Assembly: GCA_963776345.1 (NCBI GenBank)
Contig: CAVZMH010000019.1
Location: 32,001-96,000, forward strand
DNA: 64,000 bases
Direction: 5' to 3'
Source: an uncultured delta proteobacterium
GTDB taxonomy: Bacteria > Myxococcota > Myxococcia > Myxococcales > Myxococcaceae
Position numbers and translations under genes: made by a program. The notes beneath the pieces are model-generated. The model was not told where the DNA came from and did no database searches. It saw only the letters and a program-made list of their open reading frames with translations. Below are positions 29,270-37,767 of this stretch, piece by piece. The first letter of the stretch is position 1. The number at the start of each line of letters is the position of its first letter.

Positions 29270-30198
29270 GCAATGCCATCGATCTTCAAAATCTCGAGAA
29301 GAACTTCACCCTGAGCCTACGCCTCGGACGGCGGCGGGCCCTGGACGGGCTGTCGCTTTCGGTGCGGCCCGGTGAGATCTACGGCTTCCTCGGACCGAAT
29401 GGCGCGGGGAAGACGACCTCGATCAAGATCCTCGTCTCGCTCCTGCGGCAGGACAGTGGCCTGGCGACCGTGTTCGGCGAGGATCCGATGCGCAAGGAGG
29501 CCCGGAGGTTGATCGGGTACTTGCCCGAATCGCCGGTCTTCTACGATCAGCTGACCGGTCGGGAGTTTCTGACCTTCTGCGGAAAGCTGTGCGGGCTTCG
29601 CGGGCGCGCCCTCACAGAACGTTCCGATCGGCTGCTGGAGCAGGTGGGGCTCGCCCACGCCGGGGACCTCCACATTCGCCGCTACTCCAAGGGGATGAAC
29701 CAGCGGGTGGGGATCGCGCAGGCGCTCCTCCACGATCCTCAGCTGGTCATCCTCGACGAGCCGATGAGCGGCCTGGATCCCATCGGGCGCGCCGAGGTGC
29801 GGGACCTGATCCTCGAGCTGAAGAAGCGAGGGAAGACGGTCTTCTTCTCCACGCACATCATCCCCGACGTGGAGATGATCTGCGATCGGATCGGCCTCAT
29901 CAACCACGGGCGGATGGTCGCCGAGGGGAGCGTGAGCCAGCTGCTCGACTCCAGCGAGGCGCGTCCGATCGAGGTGATCGTCGAGAACGTCACCGAGGCA
30001 CTCGACAGCGCGCTGGCCTCCGAGGTCTCCAGCACCGGTGGCCAGCGGCTCTACCTGGTCAATTCAAACGAGGCGCTCGCTCGCTTCGTCTCCGACGTGC
30101 TCCAGCGTCGCGGCCGGCTGGTGTCGGTGACCCCCCGCCGCGAGGGGCTGGAGAACCTGGTGGTTCGTCTCCTGGAGCAGGATCGCGCCGCAGCCTGA
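29266..30198 (+). CDS. pilH: ABC transporter ATP-binding protein
   Basis: GPNGAGKTT, YSKGMNQR, LDEPMSGLDP, FSTH. Synteny. Confidence 0.85.
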   Translation: MSNAIDLQNLEKNFTLSLRLGRRRALDGLSLSVRPGEIYGFLGPNGAGKTTSIKILVSLLRQDSGLATVFGEDPMRKEARRLIGYLPESPVFYDQLTGREFLTFCGKLCGLRGRALTERSDRLLEQVGLAHAGDLHIRRYSKGMNQRVGIAQALLHDPQLVILDEPMSGLDPIGRAEVRDLILELKKRGKTVFFSTHIIPDVEMICDRIGLINHGRMVAEGSVSQLLDSSEARPIEVIVENVTEALDSALASEVSSTGGQRLYLVNSNEALARFVSDVLQRRGRLVSVTPRREGLENLVVRLLEQDRAAA

Positions 30199-30205
30199 GC
30201 TCGCC

Positions 30206-30967
30206 ATGAACGTCCTGACCATCGCTGCTCAGACCTTCACCGAGGCCCGCCGGAACCGGGTCTTCTACTCGCTCTTCCTCTTCGCGCTGGTGGTGGTGCT
30301 CAGCTCGGTGATCTTCACCGAGGTCACTGCCACCACCGTGGACCGGATGCTGAAGGACACCGGGCTGGCGGCGATCAATGTCTTTGCCCTGGCCCTGACC
30401 ATCTTTGCCGGGGTGGGGATCATCAACCGGGAGATCGACCGCCGCAGCATCTACACGGTGTTGGCGAAACCAGTGAGCCGCCTGAGCTACGTCGTCGGCA
30501 AGTACCTGGGGCTGGTGTCGATCATCCTCGCCACCTCCTCGCTGATGTTCCTGGGTTTGCTGGCGGTGATGAAAGGCTACCGGACGGAGATCCACACCGG
30601 CATCTTCCTGGGCTTCCTCGGGATACTGCTGGAGGTGCTGGTGCTGGGAGCGGTGGCGGTGCTCTGCTCCACCTTCACCACCTCGTTCATCTCCGCCTTC
30701 ATCTGCACCGCGGTGTACCTCTCCGGCCACCTCTCCACGGAGTTCCTACGGGTGGTCCGCAAGTCGGCCGGGGCCCGGCGGGTGGTGGGGGAGACGATCT
30801 ATTACCTGGTGCCGAACCTCGAGCGTTTCAATTTCAAGTACCACGCCACCTACGACGTGTCGGTGCCTTCGACCACGCTCCTGGCAGTGGTGCTCTTCGG
30901 CCTGGCGTACGCCAGCGCCGCCCTCCTCGGGGCGGTGGTCGTTTTCCAGCGGCGCGACTTCCGCTGA
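30206..30967 (+). CDS. pilI: ABC-2 type permease
   Basis: TFTEARRNR, REIDRRSIYTVLAKPVSR..VGKYLG, C-terminal FQRRDF, multiple TMs. Confidence 0.85.
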   Translation: MNVLTIAAQTFTEARRNRVFYSLFLFALVVVLSSVIFTEVTATTVDRMLKDTGLAAINVFALALTIFAGVGIINREIDRRSIYTVLAKPVSRLSYVVGKYLGLVSIILATSSLMFLGLLAVMKGYRTEIHTGIFLGFLGILLEVLVLGAVAVLCSTFTTSFISAFICTAVYLSGHLSTEFLRVVRKSAGARRVVGETIYYLVPNLERFNFKYHATYDVSVPSTTLLAVVLFGLAYASAALLGAVVVFQRRDFR

Positions 30968-30986
30968 GCGGGCGGCGCCAGGCGCC

Positions 30987-32402
30987 ATGCCCTTCACCGA
31001 GCCGGCGTTCCTTTTCTACTTCCTGCCCGCCACGCTGGCCGCGTACCACCTCGTGCCGGCGCGGCTGCGGAACCTGGTCCTCACCCTGGCCAGCTTCCTC
31101 TTCTACGCCGTCGGGGAGTGGGGGTTCGTCGGCTGGCTCCTTGGATCGACCGCGGCCACCTATGCGCTGGCCCGGGGCATCGACGCCTGGCGGGGGAGGC
31201 GCGCGGCGGCGCTCCTGCTCGCGCTCGGGTTGGTCATCGACCTGCTGCTCCTCGGGTACTTCAAGTACGCCGGCTTCGGCCTCCGCACGCTCGCGCGGCT
31301 GGGGCTGAGCCACGGAGCCATCCCCGAGATCCTGCTCCCGCTGGGGATCAGCTTCTTCACCTTCCACAAGATCTCGTACAAGGTCGACGTCTGGCGGGGC
31401 ACGGCGGAGGTCCGCAAGGATCCGCTCGACCTCCTGCTCTACATCCTCTTCTTTCCCCAGCTCATCGCCGGGCCGATCGTCCGCTACCACGACATCGCCG
31501 GCGAGCTCGTCTCGCGGCAGGTGCAGGCCGAGACGTTCGCCTCCGGGGTCCGGCGATTCGCGGTGGGCTTCGCCAAGAAGATGCTGGTCGCCAACACGGT
31601 GGCCACGGTGGCGGACCAGGTGTTCGGCACCGACCCGGCGCGGCTCGGGATGGCGAGCGCGTGGCTCGGGCTGGCCTGCTACACGCTGCAGATCTACTTC
31701 GACTTCTCGGGCTACTCGGACATGGCCATCGGCCTGGCTCGGATGTTCGGCTTCCACTTCCTGGAGAACTTCGATCACCCGTACACCTCGCGCTCGGTGA
31801 CCGAGTTCTGGCGGCGCTGGCACATCTCGCTCTCGCGCTGGTTCCGGGATTACCTTTACCTGCCGCTGGGGGGGAACCGCGTCTCACCGCTCAGGACCTA
31901 CCTGAACCTCTCGGTGGTCTTCCTGCTCTGCGGCCTCTGGCACGGCGCGAGCTGGACCTTCGTGGTCTGGGGCGCGTTTCACGGCCTCCTCTTGGTCACT
32001 GAACGCGCCGGGTGGAGCCGGGTCCTGGCGCGGCTGCCGCCCGCGGCGCAGCATCTGCAGACGCTCCTCTGGGTGATGGTCGGCTGGGTGTTCTTCCGGG
32101 CCCCCTCCGTGGGCCACGCGCTGCTCTTCCTCCGTGCCCTGGTGGGCGGCAGCGCCGGCGTGGCTCCGCTCGAGGCAGTGTCGATGGCCACGCCCGCCGT
32201 GGTGCTCGCCCTGACCGCGGGGATCATCGGCTCGACGCCGGTGGTGGCCGAGCTCGCCGGCCGCTGGCGCGCGACGACGGGCGAGCGGGGAGCGCCCGCG
32301 TGGACGCTGGCCCGCGAGTGCGCGCTGGTGGGGCTGCTGCTGCTCTCCACGATGCAGGTGGCCTCCGGCACCTACAACCCGTTCATCTACTTCCGGTTCT
32401 GA
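30987..32402 (+). CDS. MBOAT family O-acyltransferase (AlgI/PatA/DltB-like)
   Basis: PLGISFFTF, FFPQLIAGPIVR, QIYFDFSGYSDMAIG, ENF..PY, EFWRRWHISLS, GLWHGA, NPFIYFRF. Confidence 0.93.
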   Translation: MPFTEPAFLFYFLPATLAAYHLVPARLRNLVLTLASFLFYAVGEWGFVGWLLGSTAATYALARGIDAWRGRRAAALLLALGLVIDLLLLGYFKYAGFGLRTLARLGLSHGAIPEILLPLGISFFTFHKISYKVDVWRGTAEVRKDPLDLLLYILFFPQLIAGPIVRYHDIAGELVSRQVQAETFASGVRRFAVGFAKKMLVANTVATVADQVFGTDPARLGMASAWLGLACYTLQIYFDFSGYSDMAIGLARMFGFHFLENFDHPYTSRSVTEFWRRWHISLSRWFRDYLYLPLGGNRVSPLRTYLNLSVVFLLCGLWHGASWTFVVWGAFHGLLLVTERAGWSRVLARLPPAAQHLQTLLWVMVGWVFFRAPSVGHALLFLRALVGGSAGVAPLEAVSMATPAVVLALTAGIIGSTPVVAELAGRWRATTGERGAPAWTLARECALVGLLLLSTMQVASGTYNPFIYFRF

Positions 32403-33571
32403 TGACCTCCGCCCGGTCCGCCTCCGTCGCTCGCCCCAAGGCGCTGGCCCCACCGGGCCGGGGGCTGGTGCTCGCCTTCCTGGTGCTCATCTCCCTTCCG
32501 GCGCTGGTGGGTCTGGGAGGGCAGAGTGCCCGGGACCGGGAGCGCGCCGGCGAGCTTCCGGTGCGCCCGCCGTCGCTGACCCATGCGGGCGGCGTGGGCC
32601 AGTACCTCCAGGACATCCAAGTCTACCTCCGTGCCACCTTCGGGCTGCGGCAGACGCTGATTCACTCGGACGCCCGGCTGAAGCGCGCCCTCGGCCTGAG
32701 CGAGAGCGTCGGCTCGGCGGTGACGCACGGCCGTGACGGCTGGCTCTTCTACCGGGTGCACCGCGGAAGGCAGGGCGTTCGCCCCGAGCTTCCGTTCACT
32801 CCCGAGGAGCTCGATCGGTGGGTGGGGACCTTCACCGCCCAGCACCGGCGGGCGACGGAGCTCGGGATCCGCTACCTGCTCGTGGTCGCGCCCGACAAGG
32901 AGACCATCTACCCCGACTTCCTCCCCGCGGGGCTCCCCCCGGCGGAGCCGGTCTCCCGGCTCGACGTGCTTGCCGGCCGCCTCCGCGCCGAGGGCGTTCC
33001 AGTGGTCGACCTCCGGCCCGCGCTCCGCGAGGCGCGCGGTGCCTCCTCTCCGTTCTCCCGCTGGCCGCTGTACCACCGCACCGACGACCACTGGAACGAG
33101 CTCGGGGCCCTGATCGCCGCGCGCCCCGTCCTCGCCGAGCTGCGCGCGCGGTTCCCCGGAGTCCGCGTCCCGCTCGACGACGAGGTGGAGGTCACGACCG
33201 CGGCGACCGCCGGCGGCGACCTCGCCCGGATGGAAGGGGTCCAGGAGATCTCCAGCGAGCTCCAGGTCCTGGCGCGGCTGCGTTCCGCGGCCTGCGTGTT
33301 CGATCCCTTCGGCGGGCCGAGGCCCACCGGCCCCGAGGTGCCGCTCCAGGCCGCTCAGGTCCTGGAGTGCCCGGGCGCCCCAATCCTCCGTGGGCTCGTC
33401 CTGCACGACTCGATGATGGTGGCCATGCTCCCGGTGCTCGCGCCCGTGTTCCAGCGCTCGGTCTGGCGGCTCACCCCGGTCCTCGACCCGGCACTGCTCG
33501 CGGCGGAGAAGCCGGACGTCGTCGTGGTGGAGCTGGTGGAGCGCACGCTCTGGGAGGGGTTGGCCCAGTGA
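32402..33571 (+). CDS. AlgJ/AlgX-like SGNH O-acetyltransferase
   Basis: ATG overlaps the MBOAT stop. N-terminal TM, GRDGWLFY, VAPDKETIYP, RTDDHWNELGA, HDS, KPDVVVVELVER. Confidence 0.88.
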   Translation: MTSARSASVARPKALAPPGRGLVLAFLVLISLPALVGLGGQSARDRERAGELPVRPPSLTHAGGVGQYLQDIQVYLRATFGLRQTLIHSDARLKRALGLSESVGSAVTHGRDGWLFYRVHRGRQGVRPELPFTPEELDRWVGTFTAQHRRATELGIRYLLVVAPDKETIYPDFLPAGLPPAEPVSRLDVLAGRLRAEGVPVVDLRPALREARGASSPFSRWPLYHRTDDHWNELGALIAARPVLAELRARFPGVRVPLDDEVEVTTAATAGGDLARMEGVQEISSELQVLARLRSAACVFDPFGGPRPTGPEVPLQAAQVLECPGAPILRGLVLHDSMMVAMLPVLAPVFQRSVWRLTPVLDPALLAAEKPDVVVVELVERTLWEGLAQ

Positions 33572-34518
33572 CCCCCGACGCCGTCTTCCTCCCCGCCCTC
33601 GGGGTGCTCGGCCTGGTGGTGGGGAGCTTCCTCAACGTGGTCATCGCCCGCGTCCCCCACGGCCAGTCCATCGTCCGTCCGGGCTCGCGTTGCCCCCGGT
33701 GCGGTCACGCGCTGGCCTGGTACGAGAACGTGCCGCTCCTGTCCTGGGCCGCGCTCCGGGGCCGCTGCTGGAGCTGCAGGGCCCCCATCTCCATCCGCTA
33801 TCCGGCGGTGGAGCTCTTGACCGGGCTCCTCTTCGTGGCCGCCGGCTGGGCGTTCGGCCCGAGCTGGGCGCTCCTCCGGGCCCTGGTCCTCATCGGCTTC
33901 CTGGTGCCGCTCGCGCTCATCGACCTCGAGCACTGGATCGTCCCGGTGGGCCTCACCGTGCTCGGGACGGCGGCGGGCCTGTTGAGCGCGATCCCGCTCG
34001 GTCGGCCCACTCTGCGAGACTGCGCGATCGGCGCCGGGGCCGGCTTCGTCGTCTTCTGGGCGCTGGAGCGGGTGTCCCTCCTGATGGTGGTGAAGCTCAT
34101 CCGACCGCTGCTCCGGGCGCTCCGGGCCCTCCTCGCCCGCGCGTCCGGGCGCGAGCCACCGGCGCCCGAGCCGGACCCCACCGAGGCGCTCGGAGCGGGG
34201 GACAAGTGGCTCCTCCTCCTGGTCGGGAGCTTCCTCGGATGGCGGCCGCTGTTCGGGCTCCTCCTGCTCAGCGCGCTCCAGGGCGCGGTGGTGGGCACCA
34301 CCTTGCTCCTCCTCCACGGCCGGGCGGGCTCGGAGCCGCCGCCCCCGGGCTCGCCGGCGACCGAGGATGGCTGGGCGCCCGAGGCCACCGCGCTCCCCTT
34401 CGGGCCGTGGATTGCGCTGGCCGCGCTCGAGCTCGCGCTCGCCGGGCCCTGGCTCTCGGAGGCCTTCCCCTCGCCGCTGGTCGCGCTGGTGACCGGACAG
34501 CCGTGGATACCGCAGTGA
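33568..34518 (+). CDS. pilD: Prepilin peptidase/N-methyltransferase
   Basis: GTG overlaps the previous stop. GSFLNVVIAR.P, SRCPRC...ENVP..S...GRCWSC, YPAVE, IDLEH, GAGD, PFGPWI. Confidence 0.93.
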   Translation: MTPDAVFLPALGVLGLVVGSFLNVVIARVPHGQSIVRPGSRCPRCGHALAWYENVPLLSWAALRGRCWSCRAPISIRYPAVELLTGLLFVAAGWAFGPSWALLRALVLIGFLVPLALIDLEHWIVPVGLTVLGTAAGLLSAIPLGRPTLRDCAIGAGAGFVVFWALERVSLLMVVKLIRPLLRALRALLARASGREPPAPEPDPTEALGAGDKWLLLLVGSFLGWRPLFGLLLLSALQGAVVGTTLLLLHGRAGSEPPPPGSPATEDGWAPEATALPFGPWIALAALELALAGPWLSEAFPSPLVALVTGQPWIPQ

Positions 34519-36590
34519 ACGTGACCGAGGCACAGCCCGGGCGCGAGCCGGCCGACCCCGAGGCGACGGCCTCCGCGGCCACGGGGTCCTGGGCGCGCGT
34601 CGCGCTGCTCGCCGCCTCGCTGGTCGCCGGCGTGGTGGCCGCGCTCCTCGCGCTGATGCCGATGAACGACCCGGACCTGTTCTGGCACCTGGCCGTGGGT
34701 CGCTACGTGACGGTGCACCACCGGCTGCCCACCACCAACCTCTGGTCGTTCACCGCGCCGGATCATCCGTTCCTCGCCAGCTCCTGGCTGTTCGACCTGC
34801 TCCTGGAGCGACTGAACGCGGCAGGGGGGCTGGTCGCCGTTCACCTGGCCACGGCCCTGGTGGTCGGTTCCTCCTTCGCCGTGCTGCTCCTCGCCGTGCG
34901 GAGCCGGGGGGCGAGCCTGCCGTGGGCCCTGGGCACGGTGGTCGCGCTCGCGTTCGGGGCCGAGGCCCGCTTCACCCCCCGGCCGCAGGTGTTCAGCTAC
35001 CTCTTGCTGTCGCTGCTCTCGCTGCTCCTGGTGCGCGACCGGGCGCGCCGGTCCTGGCGCGCGCTCGCGTGGGTGCCGGTCCTGCTCGTCGTCTGGGCGA
35101 ACCTCCATGCGGGGGTGGTGTTCGGGCTGGTGCTCGTGGGCTGCCACCTGGCGGACGAGCTGTGGGCGCGCCTCCCGGGACTTCCGGCCGCAGGCCGCCG
35201 CCGGCTGCTCCTGGGCTCGGCCGCCGCCGGCGCCGTCTGTCTCGGGGCGCTGCTCCTCAACCCCGGCGGCCCGGATCTGATCAGGTACGCGCTGTTCCAC
35301 GTCTCCGAGGTGGGCTCGGTGGTGAGGCTCGGCGAGTTCAACAGCCCGAGCCTGCACGACCGGCCGCTGTTCTGGGTCGTCCTCGTCGCGACGCCGCTGC
35401 TCCTCCTCGTCTCCCGCCGGGAGGCGCGCCTCGCCGAGTGGCTCGGGTGGCTGGCCTTCGGCGCGCTCGGCTGCCGGGCGATGCGGCTCATCCCCGAGTT
35501 CTTCCTGGTGGTGGGTCCGTCGGTGGGCTGGGCGGCGGAGCGCGCCTTCCAGAGGATCGCCGCCGGACGGGTAAGGGCGGGGGTGGCCAGGCTGGTCCCG
35601 GTGCTCCTGCCGCTCGGCTCCCTGGCCATCCTCCCGTATCCGGCGCTGCACCTCCTCCGGCGCATCCAGCCGGGCCTCGACCCGTACCGGAACCCGGTGC
35701 GCGCGGTCGCGCAGGCCGAGCGGTGGGGGCTCTCGGGCCGAGTCTTCGCCGGCTGGGACGCGACCGGGCTCGTGGAGTGGGCCTTGCCGCAGGCACAGGT
35801 CCAGGTGGATCCCCGGCTCCTGGCCTATCCGCCCGAGGTCTTCCACGCGCTCGAGCAGGCCGAGGACTCGCCGCAGGCCTTCGACGCCTACGTCGACCGC
35901 TGGGACATCGGCTGGGCGCTCCGGACGCAGCAGCGGCTGCGCTTCACCGGGGCGGGCCTGTTCGACCCGAGGCGCTGGGCGGTGGTGTTCTGGGACGAGG
36001 GTGGGCAGATCCTCCTGCGACGGGACGTGCCCCGGTTCGCCGAGCTGATCCGAGAGCAGGAGCTCCAGGAGTTCCTCCCCGCGACGCCGGTGGTCGAGGC
36101 CTGGCGGACGTTCCGCGGCCCCCGCCGCGCGCGGTGGCTCGAGGAGGCGCGGCGGCTCGCCGCCACCTCTCCCCGGCTGGTGGACGCGCACGCCGCGCTC
36201 TGCCTCGAGGCGGCCCGCACCGGCGAGCTCGCCCCGGCGGAGCAGGAGTGCTCCCTGGCCGCGGCGGCGGCCGACGAGCGGTACTGGCTGCACCCCGCGC
36301 CGGGCGGTCTGCGGTCGCTGAGCGCGGCCATCGCCCAGCTGGTGCTCGCCGGCGAGATCACCCGCCGGGGCACGCAGGAGCCCGTGGAGCCTCTCCTGGC
36401 GCGGGCCGTTGCGCTCGCCCCGGAGAGCGCGGACGTCTGGGCCGGGCAGGGCGCGCTGCTGCTGGAGCGGAGGGACCCGGCCGGGGCGGTTGTCGCGTTT
36501 CGCCGCGCGCTGGCCATCGACCCGGCGCACCGGCCGGCGAGCGAGGGGCTGGCCCGGGCGGAGAGGCTGGCCACGGGGGGTGGCCGGTGA
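34515..36590 (+). CDS. Polytopic membrane protein, GT-C glycosyltransferase-like, with C-terminal TPR
   Basis: GTG overlaps the pilD stop. TM1 then DPDLFWHLAVGR acidic loop, RPQVFS, WANLHAG, about 10 or more TMs, a soluble domain and a TPR (ARAVALAPESADVW...FRRALAIDP). The GT-C assignment is inference. Confidence 0.7.
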   Translation: MNVTEAQPGREPADPEATASAATGSWARVALLAASLVAGVVAALLALMPMNDPDLFWHLAVGRYVTVHHRLPTTNLWSFTAPDHPFLASSWLFDLLLERLNAAGGLVAVHLATALVVGSSFAVLLLAVRSRGASLPWALGTVVALAFGAEARFTPRPQVFSYLLLSLLSLLLVRDRARRSWRALAWVPVLLVVWANLHAGVVFGLVLVGCHLADELWARLPGLPAAGRRRLLLGSAAAGAVCLGALLLNPGGPDLIRYALFHVSEVGSVVRLGEFNSPSLHDRPLFWVVLVATPLLLLVSRREARLAEWLGWLAFGALGCRAMRLIPEFFLVVGPSVGWAAERAFQRIAAGRVRAGVARLVPVLLPLGSLAILPYPALHLLRRIQPGLDPYRNPVRAVAQAERWGLSGRVFAGWDATGLVEWALPQAQVQVDPRLLAYPPEVFHALEQAEDSPQAFDAYVDRWDIGWALRTQQRLRFTGAGLFDPRRWAVVFWDEGGQILLRRDVPRFAELIREQELQEFLPATPVVEAWRTFRGPRRARWLEEARRLAATSPRLVDAHAALCLEAARTGELAPAEQECSLAAAAADERYWLHPAPGGLRSLSAAIAQLVLAGEITRRGTQEPVEPLLARAVALAPESADVWAGQGALLLERRDPAGAVVAFRRALAIDPAHRPASEGLARAERLATGGGR

Positions 36591-37708
36591 AGCTGCGCAT
36601 CGCCGCGATCGCCTTCCTCCTCGCGGTGCTCGCCACCGGCATCACCTGGCTGTCCTTCCAGCCGGTGGTGCTGCGGCTGGTGGAGGCGCTCCGGATCGCC
36701 GCGCCGGCGGGGAGCCCGTCGCGCCACGTGCTGGAGACGGCCCAGGCGTTCCTGCCGCTCTACCTCGGGCTCGATCTCCTGATCCTGGTGCTGGTGGCCT
36801 TCGGAGTCCTCTACTTCACCGTGGTGCGGCCGCTGGGCGCGGTGGAGCGCGAGATGCAGGGCCTCGAGCGGCTGGACTGGGCGCCCGAGGAGAAGGGCGG
36901 GGGGCCGCTCCTCAGCCGCTTCCAGGCCAGCCTGCGGCGGACCGCCACCGCGCTTCAGGCCGAGCGCGCGCTCACCCGGCGCCAGCTCGAGGACCTCGCC
37001 GCGGCCAACGAGCGGCTCACCCGCGCCCAGGCCGAGCTGGTCGCCAGCGAGCGCCTGGCCACGGTGGGCCGGCTCGCCGCCGGCGTGGCGCACGAGATCG
37101 GCAACCCGCTCTCGGGGGTGCTGGGCTGGCTGAGCGTGGCCCAGGCCCGGAGCGCCGGGGACGCCGAGCTCTCCGGGTACCTCCGGGAGATGGAGGCCGA
37201 GGTCCGGCGCATCGACGGCATCGTCCGGAGCCTCCTCGACCTCGGCCGGCCGGTGCGCACCCAGGTGGGCCCGGTCCCGGTGGCCGACCTGGTCCGGACC
37301 GCGGCGCGGCTGGTGGGCTCGGGCCCCGAGTTCCGGGAAATCACCGTGGAGACCGAGATCGACCCGGGGCTGGTGGCCCTGGCCGACCCGGGGCCCCTCA
37401 GCCAGGTGGTCATCAACCTCCTGATCAACGCCGCGCAGGCCATCGGCGGGCCCGGGACCATCCGGGTGGCGGGGGCGGCCGACGGGGGTCGGGTGCGCAT
37501 CGACGTCCTGGACTCCGGTCCGGGGGTGCCGCCCGAGCTGCGCGAGCGGATCTTCGAGCCGTTCTTCACCACCAAGTCGGGCGGGAAGGGCACGGGGCTC
37601 GGGCTCGCGGTGAGCCAGCACCTGATGCGGGTGATGTCGGGAGACGTCGCCGTGGGGGAGTCACCCCAGGGCGGAGGAAAGTTCACCGTCAGCTTGCCGG
37701 CCGCCTGA
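36587..37708 (+). CDS. pilS2: Sensor histidine kinase (PilS2-like)
   Basis: GTG overlaps the previous stop. 2 TMs, HAMP-like region, AHEIGNPL, NLLINA, FEPFFTTK..GKGTGLGL. Synteny. Confidence 0.8.
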   Translation: MKLRIAAIAFLLAVLATGITWLSFQPVVLRLVEALRIAAPAGSPSRHVLETAQAFLPLYLGLDLLILVLVAFGVLYFTVVRPLGAVEREMQGLERLDWAPEEKGGGPLLSRFQASLRRTATALQAERALTRRQLEDLAAANERLTRAQAELVASERLATVGRLAAGVAHEIGNPLSGVLGWLSVAQARSAGDAELSGYLREMEAEVRRIDGIVRSLLDLGRPVRTQVGPVPVADLVRTAARLVGSGPEFREITVETEIDPGLVALADPGPLSQVVINLLINAAQAIGGPGTIRVAGAADGGRVRIDVLDSGPGVPPELRERIFEPFFTTKSGGKGTGLGLAVSQHLMRVMSGDVAVGESPQGGGKFTVSLPAA

Positions 37709-37767
37709 TCGGCGGGTTCGGGGCTCGCCTCGGCGCTCCGTCGTGGGAGAATGCCCGCACCACCCCG

